This document shows positions 54,481-64,000 of a stretch of DNA of 64,000 bases, in pieces. Made by a program: the position numbers and the translations under genes. The notes under the pieces are model-generated. The model made no database searches and was not told where the DNA came from. It saw only the letters and a program-made list of their open reading frames with translations. The stretch is from Negaprion brevirostris. Lineage: Eukaryota. Positions within the stretch are counted from its first letter, which is position 1; each line of letters starts with the position of its first letter. The stretch is taken from assembly GCA_030324005.1 (NCBI GenBank), contig JARDVH010000073.1, forward strand, positions 88,161,495-88,225,494, read 5' to 3'.

Positions 54481-57400
54481 GTTTTTTAATTTAACCCCTC
54501 TAAAAATGAATCCTAATTTTTGATTTCACTTATGATGGCCTTACCGAAGACCTTTTGAAAATCCCAACGTGTTACATTTGCTGCATTACTCTTATCTAAC
54601 CTTCTGTTCCTACTTTAAAGAATTCAATAAGGTTATTCAACCATGACCTTCCCTATTGAAATCCTCAATTACTCTTTATATTTTTGGTTTCCAGATGTTT
54701 TTCTATTATATCTTTAAGCTAAGATTCCATTTACAATTCAGTCTTAGTTATGGCCAAAATTTTAGTTTTCCCCCAAGTGGAAACAACTTCTCGACATTTA
54801 TTATTTTCATAATCCTGAAAACATGTGGTTATTTGATGGCAGATTTGTACTGCAGTCATATCTCCACAAGGAACTTCATTGGGATTGAATAAATGAGAAA
54901 CTTGTGAGCATCAAGATAGATTGTATTGAAGACAAAGAGGCAATTTGACCAAGGTGTTCAAAATCATGAGTGTTCCTGCTTGAAAAAGTACAGAGAATGA
55001 GAAGGCACAGATTTAATGTAATTTGCAAAAGAAATAAACGTGGTAAGAAAAATCTTTTTCACATAATGAATGGTTCAGCTGTGGAATGCATTGCCTGGAA
55101 GTGTGGTGGAGGCAAGTTCAAATGAGGCTTTCAAGAAGACATCTGATGATAATTTAAATAGAAGCAATGTGCAGGGGAGAAGTTAGGAAAATGGCACTAA
55201 AGTTATAATGCTCAGAGTCGGGTGCAGACACGACGGGCCGACTGGCCTCCTTCTGACCATAATAACTCAGTAATTCTGATTCGTGTCTCTATTAGTGTTG
55301 ACAGCAAGAGAGACATTCAACTAATCATTCAGGGCTAGATTTATACCAGGGTCTAGAGAACCCAATTTATCATACAATTCAACCAAGCCAGTTTTCAGAA
55401 GAAAATACATATTCATGGATACCAAATTACCATACTGTCTGTAAATTTATGCAATACTTTTCAGGTTCCAACAACTTTTAAAAAAACTTTTCCTATATTT
55501 TGGCAAAACTATTCCTTCCCATCTTCCTCCTCTTCTGAGAGGCTTGACTTATTGGATTACGATTTCAGAGGTTCTGGTATTTTTTCTATTGTTTGAACTT
55601 GATTCTGTGTCATCAGTTTCCAGTTGAGGTCATTTGTGTCAATTTTGAGCTATTTTTTCATTCCCAAAGATGCTGCAGCTGGTTCCAGTGTCCATCATGG
55701 TTGAGATCAGTTAACTCCACAACGCTGAGAAATTGAACTAAGGACCTTTCCACATGTGGCTCAGCTTCATACAACCAAGCCTTCAATCAAGATTTCTTTA
55801 GTATTACTCTTATCATATGCTGAGATCTCAGAGTTAAGTTTGAACCAATGGCCTTCTAAGTCCAACACAAGTTCTCTCTGTCCAGTCAAGCTTATCCTGT
55901 AGTAAAGTAACCTTTTTTCCCCCCCAAGTGAAACACTACTTCCTTTAGTACCAACATTTTCAATAAAATTACTCTACAATGAACTAAATTGGGGGAAAAA
56001 GAATTGATTTGTAGTTTTTCCAATGCATTTTAGCTGAAGACAGCTCTTTTTTGCTAGCTAGATATTATACAGCAACATCAATATGAACAAAGCAGCTGAA
56101 AATAAGATTTGTTTTTAGGATGTATGCTGTAAAGCCAATGGCAAATTACTGATCAGCCAGTTGCTCAAGATAGATGGGTGAACCATCTGTTTGAACTGTC
56201 TTCTATAGTCTTGTGACAATGATCCCATTATGATGTCAGGTATAGCATTTCAAGATTTTCATACAGGAACAACGGAAGAAGTGATATTTGTACAAATCAC
56301 AATATTGAAAATAGAATTTGGGGGAGGGGTGGTGGTTGATGGTGATTATGTCCCAGTGACATTGGTGGCCCTGGTATTTCCAGTAATAGAGATCAGATGA
56401 CTAGACAGTTGAAGTGAGCTTGGTAAATTACCGCAATGCATCATCTACCTAATAGATGCCATAAGAACAGCACGCTGATGGTTGATTTTCAACACAGCAG
56501 TAAGGTACAACCCAGAGCACTGTTGTCACAAATCCAAGCAAGTAGTGGATATGCTAAACTCAAGTGGTGATAAAGCTTTAAAAAGGTCACATCATAAAGC
56601 ATCCTGCTTCAGTCCTGCTGTTATATCCAGTGTCCCCGAAGATGTTGATGAAAGACTCTGCCATAGTGGTATTATTGAACATCATGGAGTAATTGTTGGG
56701 CCTTTTTTTGGTTTGACCCTGACTTTTATAGCATGATGACTGCCACTTATCAGTCCTAACTTAAATGCTTCATGGAAAGTTGCCTCGAGACATAGAAAAG
56801 ATGTTGGAGGTGATTGAGGAAGGACCAGATTACAGCTGAGGAAAAGGTATTTTCAGAAGTTTATTTATTAGTATCAACTTACATTAGCCCTGCAATGAAG
56901 TTACTGTGAAAGCTGAAAGGGGGAGAAAAACGTGTTTGGCATCATGTTGGAGGTGGCAGTCTTAGGTGTTCCATCCTGACATCCTGGGAAAAAATCATTT
57001 ATTTCTCCATGGTGAATCTGAGGTCTGAAATGCACACAAACTCTCAATATTTAAGAATCTGAAATCAAACTACCAATAAGTCTGCACAAATACTGCCAGC
57101 TCCTGTGTCCTGCTGTGGAAAGTACAATCCTCCTGTGGGATTACACCTTTTACCGAAGTGCTCAAGCAGTTTGGCAAGGCCTACAGACCCAGAACTGTGC
57201 ATACAAGAACACACGGAGATTCACTTGCTAAAACTATTCAGCATATCAGGACAGAGCGCTTATAAACTGCCTATCTGTTTAGACAAGATTACTGCAAGCA
57301 TTGGATAATGACAGCTATCCAAAGGAAAACAATATCATGCAATAGATAAGTGAACAAAACAAAAAAGAAATCTGATAACATCTTGCAAAGCGCATGGAAT

Positions 57401-58914
57401 TTTTGAAAATTGCAACAGGGTACAATGGTATAAGTGGACCAGGATCATACATACATTATCTATAAAGTTTAAAAAAACGATTACTGATCAATGTGCACTT
57501 ATAGCATTTTCTATTTGTACATAAATATGGTTGACTGGCAATAAATAGTACAAAGAACCTAGCTCATAGGTTCACTTTGTCTGTGTGATGCTAGAAAACA
57601 ACACAAGTTGCCAAGTCTCTTCATACAGAAAGCCCAGTAATAAGTACAGAAAGAAAAAAATATCTGTGACCAAGTCTTCTCATACAGAAAGACCTGTAAT
57701 AAGTAAGGAGAGAGAAAAAAATCTGTGGTCATATATTTGTATTTACTGATAGCACCAAAATAAAATGCCAAGAGAAAAGGCTCTAAACTACAGACTCTTT
57801 TAAGTTACCATATCATGTTCTCCTAAAGTTAGTTTGTAACATAGGCTGTGTAAACATGGGCATGCTTGGGTCCGTATTTAGCTTCTAGCAGATGTTTTAA
57901 TACATATTAGTCCTTGAATTTTTCATTTATTTGTAAATGTAGACAGTAAAAAGTTTGGACAGTCCTTTGTGTTTCGATATAGTGATTTTGAAGGAAATAT
58001 TATGTAACCGTTAAACTCATAATAATGGATTCAGATGAAAAACAAACGAAAATTAAACGTGCAAAAATGTATACAACTTAGGTACAAGGCCAATTTTGGT
58101 AACGGAAAGATAATTGTCAAGACTTCACCTGACATTAAACACATTAATAATGTTATTAATAAATTATACATTCCAGTGTTGAGTTCAGTAACCAGGGTCC
58201 ACTTTAATATCGTTTACAGTACCAAGTACAGTCATTTTTAAACGCAAAACGTAATTTACAAAGAATACAAATCCTGAAAAAGCACATAGAATAAAGGCAG
58301 CAGAAATATAGCACAGATCAACCAGCATCTGCTGAAAAAAAGGGGCTAACATTTCGGATTCAGATCCCTTCATCCGAACAACCCTTTCACATGTTTACAG
58401 AACTCCCAAGTGTACATTGTTAACGTCTCCTGCTATTATTTCACTTCAACACATTAGCAGTGCCCAACTCTGCAAGGGAGAAGAGCCAGGCGAGCTCATT
58501 CAGACTCAATGTGGGTAACAGAGCACAAAACCATATGTCACGGTTGGACTGTTTTTCCTGACGACGTGGTAAAAGGTCAGGTAACAAAAGCCGGATAATC
58601 CTTTCTATCAGGAAAACAAAAACAAATAACTACACAGTAAATGAGAACGGTCGGTGATCCCACAGCAACATCCGCTCAGCTCCTGCAGTTGATAGTTAGG
58701 GATGACAAATCTGAAAATGTACCGAGCAGCAAACAACAGAGAGAGAGGGAGAGGACAGAGAGGGAGGGAAGCCACTCTTAATTATCTAGCACAACAAACT
58801 AACTTCCAAACGGCGACTAAACTGCCAACTAGTCGACGTTTTGCCTGGCCAACACTTCTCCCCCTCCAAGCCACCCCATCACAAGTAAAACCTTGGCTGA
58901 TCTGGGTAAAAGAA

Positions 58915-58991
58915 ATAGGGCATACTGGGTAAAAAAAAATTACTAACCTCTTTTTTTCCAACAATTCCTCCCTTCGCCCACCATGCACCAG
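58915..58991. promoter_or_regulatory. Cluster of three Staf/ZNF143-binding-site (SBS) matches
   Basis: TCGCCCACCATGCACCAG (58974-58991, +), TTTCCAACAATTCCTCCC (58955-58972, +, degenerate) and TTACCCAGTATGCCCTAT (58932-58915, -), compared with the Staf consensus YYWCCCRNMATSCMYYRCR. Confidence 0.7.
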
Positions 58992-59010
58992 GAGCGGAAA
59001 CCCAAGGGCG
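58948..59010 (-). other. ZNF143: ZNF143 first (leader) exon; 5' boundary approximate
   Basis: It lies at the edge of the CpG island and reads TCCTGGTGCATGGTGGGCGAAGGGAGGAATTGTTGGAAAAAAAGAG|gttagt. This resembles the human ZNF143 5'UTR as I recall it (CCTGGTGCATGGTGG...GGAATTGTTGGAAAA). Confidence 0.75.
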
Positions 59011-59782
59011 GCCGCTCCGGCTCCAACGCCGGCCCCTCACCCTGAATCCCAGCATCAGCCCGCCGGCCGGCACCGCCCCCTTCCCCGCCTCCCACAGGCC
59101 AGCGCCTCCTGATTGACAGTGCGGTTCCGCCCCCTCACCGCAATCTAGTCCCGCCTCCCCTCCTCCCATTGGCCAGTTCCTCCTGATTGACAGCACAGCT
59201 CCGCCCCATCCCATGTCCAATCCCACCTCCCCCTCTTCCAATTGGTCAGTTACTCCTGATTTACAGCGAGGCTCCTCTTCCTCCCCAAGTCCCTTACCGC
59301 CTCCCTCTCTCCTCCTATTGGTCCGCAACCCGCCCGCACAGCCAACCGTCGGTGCTTCCCATTGCTCAGCCTCCACGTCCATCAAATAGCGTCACTAGGA
59401 TCGGCCCCGCCCCCTCCTCCCGCCAACGTTTCCCATTGCTCAGTCCCCACGTCAATCAAAGACCGTCACTGGAACCGTCCCCGCGGTAGGAAGCGAAGAC
59501 ATGGTGGTTGAGAATTATTCATCTTCCTGGGTACCTGCCGACGCCATTTTTTTTCTCTTAACGTTACAGTGCTGGGAATGGTTGATTTTAATTGACATTG
59601 GTCGTATTTAAAACCTCGGGGAGCCGTGTCTGTGATTTCGAGGGGAAGATTTTAAAGGAAGGGCGAAGCCGGGCCAGCAGGGCGCATCTCGGACCGGGAT
59701 TCGCGCGCCGATAAAAGGACGCGAACGCTGCCGCTGACTGTGACGTCATGGATAGGCGCAGCGCCCCCTGCTGAGGTGCAGG
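58970..59782. promoter_or_regulatory. CpG-island promoter of ZNF143 with GC boxes, CCAAT boxes, PBX/PKNOX decamers, and YY1, CRE and CTCF-like motifs
   Basis: Sharp rise in GC and CpG content. Motifs: CCGCCCC repeats; ATTGG at 59168 and 59241; TGATTGACAG at 59110 and 59184; CGCCATTTT at 59542; TGACGTCA at 59741; GCGCCCCCTGCTGA at 59761. Confidence 0.88.
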
Positions 59783-60369
59783 NNNNNNNNNNNNNNNNNN
59801 NNNNNNNNNNNNNNNNNNNNNNNNNNNNNNNNNNNNNNNNNNNNNNNNNNNNNNNNNNNNNNNNNNNNNNNNNNNNNNNNNNNNNNNNNNNNNNNNNNNN
59901 NNNNNNNNNNNNGAAAGCGTTTTCCATTCATCCCCAAGAGAATACCAGATTACTGATATAAACCATTTTATCTTTAAAAATTATAATGAATCAGAGCAAT
60001 CCTCAAATTTATGGTTTTCTATATTTCCACTTCAAAAATGTCAAGGATGTAATAATAAAAAGATTAAAACTGATATAAAAAGGTTAAAACTAGTATAAAA
60101 TCTGGGCGAAATTGTACTATAATGGTACTGGGCTAATAATCCAAACATAAAAACTTTACTACGTTCAGAAGGTCAGTCAGTACATGTGAAGAAAAGCAGA
60201 GTGGGGGACACACCTCTGACTCAGTGAGAACCACTGTACCCATGGCTGACATGGCTTTAAACGCACAAGTGTTGAATGGGGAATTTTCACAGTAACTTCA
60301 TTGCAGGTTAATGTAAGCTTTACTTGTGACTAATAAATAAATGGACTTTATAACAGATAGAGTAGATGG

Positions 60370-62080
60370 GGAAAATGCTCGGATTTTGGTACACTTTGTC
60401 CACTATTTGTGCTTGGTCTCCAACTGGGCCAATTGGAGGTGTTCAAAATGGTCGAGACCTTCACAGAAACTTCTTGTCCAGTTTTGGCATCAAGGCATTG
60501 CCATAACCCACAGGGAATGTTGCATTATTTCAGAGGAAACATTTTAAGGACATCCTCAATACGTTTCAGGGAGGTATTGAGCATGCCCTTGAAGTATTTC
60601 CTCAGCCTTCTGGTGATCACTCACTATGACAAAGCTTGAATTAGGTTGTTTTGGGAGTCTTGTATCAGCAACGCAGACAATGTGACTCAATACTGGGGAT
60701 GTTGACATGAGAGAGTACACTGATATTGGAGCACCCGTCCAGCCATTCAATTTGCAGGATTTTATGGAGGCATAGCTGGTGATATTTCTTCAGCGTTTTA
60801 AGGTGTCTGCTCTTCCTTGTCCACATCTTTTGACACATACAAGAAGACAGGTAATGCTGCAACACTTGTAGACCATAACTTTGGGGCCACATTTGAGGGT
60901 TTTGTCATCAAACACTCTTTTCCTCAGACAGCCAAAGACTACACTGGAGCACTGGAGACAGCCAAGTTTCATTGTTGATGTCAGTCCTCACTGAGTGAAA
61001 CTCCCAAGGTATGAGAAATGATCAACATTGTCCAGTGGACCTTGATAGTTGGGGGCAATATTGCAGTGCAGGAGCAGGCTGGTAGAGGATCTTTGTCAAA
61101 CAGATGTTTAGCCTAAGACTCATTCTTTCATATGCCATGGATGTGCTGATGGTGGTTTGGATCACAGCCTCTGAATGTGCATATGCAAGTGTCATCACTG
61201 CCCTGCTGTCCAGTTACTGAGATTGAGGGGATCTTGTCCTGGAATGGAGGCATTATGGATTGAGTAGCCAAGTTTAAGGAGTTGAAAGCCTTTGTGATGT
61301 CAAAGAAAGCCTTGAATAAAGGTTGCTGCTTCTGTCTGCATTTTCACAGACTTGTATTGCTGTGAAAATGATGCCCACTGTGCCTTTGATGGACAAAATC
61401 CATATTATGACACCAGGAGGTGCTCTTCAGCCATGGGGAGAAGACAATTGAGAAGGTCTTTTGCAATGACCTTCCCTGTGGTGGACAGCAGAAATATCCC
61501 TCGAGATGCCACAGTTGGACATGTCTCAATTTTTGAAGATTAAGGGTTGACTTTGCCATAAAAAAACAAACTAATTGACCATCTCGGCAAGTCCCCTTTT
61601 GGGATTAATGATTCTCTCGTGTCCCTCCAGCTCACCCTAGTTCAAAAAGGGTGCATCATAGTCATCAGTATGCCACCCCCAACTCTAGAAGCAACAGCTG
61701 AGGCCAAAAGGGCATTCCACTCCAAACTTGAGCACATATTGTCCTGTATCCCAAAGGTGATTTCAATGCCAGAGTTGAGAGGGACACAAATCTCTTGAAA
61801 GGCACGATTGGCAAGAGGTGTAGGGTAAGTTAACACCAGTAGAGTTCTCCTGGCAAAATGCTTTGAATGCAGTCTGATCTTAACAAATACACATTTTCAT
61901 CAGAGAGACGGATGCAAGACCTCATGGCAACACTCTTCCAAACATTAGCAACTGCTTGAATACATCATTGTCCAAATGAGGGACTTCAACAAAGTTAGTT
62001 TGTGCCATCCATGTCATAACAGCAGTTGATGACTGCAAGACTGGCCATCGCTGAATCCAGGTTACTCTCCCCATCAACCT
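60370..62080 (-). mobile_element. Decayed RTE-clade LINE
   Basis: FGCLRKRVF...KVMVYK, YHQLCLHKILQIEW, VLSHVNIPSIE, FFDITKAF. Confidence 0.8.
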
Positions 62081-62679
62081 AAGAACATAAGAAATAGGAG
62101 CAGGAGTAGGCCATCTAGCCTGCCCCGCCATCCAGTAAGATCATGGCTGATCTGAAGTGGATCAGTTCCAGTTTCCCGCTGTCTCCCCATAACCCTTAAT
62201 TCCCTTGTCTGTCAAAAACCTATCTACCCGTGACTTAAATATATTTAGCGAGNNNNNNNNNNNNNNNNNNNNNNNNNNNNNNNNNNNNNNNNNNNNNNNN
62301 NNNNNNNNNNNNNNNNNNNNNNNNNNNNNNNNNNNNNNNNNNNNNNNNNNNNNNNNNNNNNNNNNNNNNNNNNNNNNNNNNNNNNNNNTCCTCAACATGA
62401 ATGCTCTCAACCACATTCCACTGAATGCTGTCCCCCTGCACTATCCCAGCCTGACATGAGCTTAAAAAAATTATGCAAGAGCCAACAAGTCTGCCAGTAC
62501 AGAGGGAATCCCAGCTGAAATACTAACGTATGTTAAGGAACTCTTGACAAGAATACATGATCATATCTCTCTCATCTGGAAGGAGGAAAGCATGCCAGGG
62601 GATCTCTTGAGGCACCATATTAATCAAAGAGTCAATTATTGCAATGAGGAGGATTGATAGCAGGCTCCTCAAGTGAGGC

Positions 62680-64000
62680 CATATCGGTGGAACTTGAAAA
62701 CAGAAAGGGGACAATTGCGTTGCTGTGCGTGTATATAACCACCCAAACAGTCATGGAGAAATGGAAGAGCAGATAGGTAGAGAAATCTCAAAGTGTAAAA
62801 ATAGTACTAGGGGATTTCAACTTTCCTAATATTAGTTGGGATAGGTAAAGTGTGAAAGGCTTAGTGGGGGAAGAATTCTTAAAGTGCATCCAGGAGAGCT
62901 TTTTCAGCCAGCATGTAAAAAGTCCTACGAGAGAGAGGGTGGTACTTGACCTAATTTTAGGGAATGAAGCCAGGCCGTTTGCATAGGTGTCAGTGTGGGA
63001 GCATTTTGTTGATAAGTGACATAACTTATGAAAAGGACAAAGATGGACTGGAAATAAGGTATCTGAACTGCGGGAAAGCCGATTTTAATAGGATAAGACA
63101 GGATCTGGCTGAAGTGGATTGGGAGCAGCTACTTGAGGGAAGATCCACATCAGAACAGTCGGAGTCATTCAAAAAGGAAACAGCGTGCAATATCAACATG
63201 TTACCATAAAGGTAAAGGGTGGGACCAACAAGTCTAGAGAATTCTGGATGTCAAGGGATATATAGTATTGGGAAAAAGGAGAAAATGGAGGCTTGTAGCA
63301 GATTCAAGGGGCTGAAAACAGTGGATGCCCGAGAGGAGTGTAGAAAGTGCAGTGGGGTCCTTAGAAAATTAGGAGAGCAAAGTGAGGTCATTGAAAAAAC
63401 ATAGCGGGCAAAATAAAGGAAAATCCAAAGGCGTTTTATAATTATATTAAAGGCAAGAGGGACCATTAGGGACCAAAGTGACCTCTGTGTGAAGCTGGAG
63501 GTGAAATATTAAATGAGTATTTTGCACCTGTGTTCATTATGGAGAAGGATTATGTAGGTATAGAAATCAGGGAGGTGGACTGTGACATAATTGACCAGAT
63601 TAGCATTGAAAGGGAGGAAGTGTTAGCAGCTCTAACAGGATTAAAAGTGGATAAATCTCCAGGCTCAGATGAGATGTATCCTAGGCTGCCGTGTGAGGCA
63701 AGGGAAGAGATTGCAAAGGCTCTGACGCAAATTTTTAAATCCTTTTTGATCATAGGAGAGATGGCAAGAGGAGGTTAACGTGGTACCATTATTCAAGAAG
63801 GGACATAGGGAAAAAGCAGAAAATTATACACCAGTGAGTTTAATGTCAGTGGTAGAGAAATTATTGGATAAAGTTCTGAAGGACAGAATTAATTTGCACT
63901 TGGAGAGGCAGAGATTAATCAAGGATAATGAGCATGGCGTTGACAGGGGAGATCACGTCTAACAAATTTGATTGATATTTTCAAAGAGGTGACCATTTGT
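62680..64000 (+). mobile_element. CR1 LINE ORF2 (endonuclease to RT), disrupted, running off the window
   Basis: GDFNFP, KADFNRIRQDLAEVDWEQLL, LKVDKSPGSDEMYPR, VPLFKKG...NYTPVSL. Confidence 0.92.

Noticed and set aside
58879-59489. 168-aa and 100-aa Gly/Pro-rich ORFs over the promoter
   Set aside because: They are expected by-products of GC-rich, repeat-built CpG-island sequence and show no recognisable domain.

Overview
Vertebrate genomic DNA from a gapped draft scaffold, most likely a shark, judged from HE1-like SINEs, CR1/HER1 LINE tails and Penelope-type foldbacks. The window holds most of one gene on the minus strand: ZNF143 (Staf). It has a CpG-island promoter at about 58.9-59.8 kb, a short first exon (donor at 58948), and 11 coding exons from 41874 down to 1334. 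These encode the four QLEDG activation repeats and all seven C2H2 fingers; the C-terminal exons lie beyond the left edge. Exon 8 is cut by a 100-N gap. Introns are filled with decayed CR1, L2, Rex1/Babar and RTE LINEs, tRNA-SINEs, a hAT transposase fossil and foldback elements. The most interesting signals are at the 5' end: three ZNF143-binding-site matches in and beside exon 1 (probable autoregulation), a promoter built from ~74-bp tandem units carrying CCAAT-N11-TGATTGACAG composites, and two candidate first exons that each carry an ATG in frame with the main ORF. There is also a decayed coiled-coil reading frame in intron 9. I see no prokaryote-type novel system. Most ORFs in the supplied track are spurious or transposon-derived. 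Comparisons with human ZNF143/ZNF76 are from memory, not from a search.
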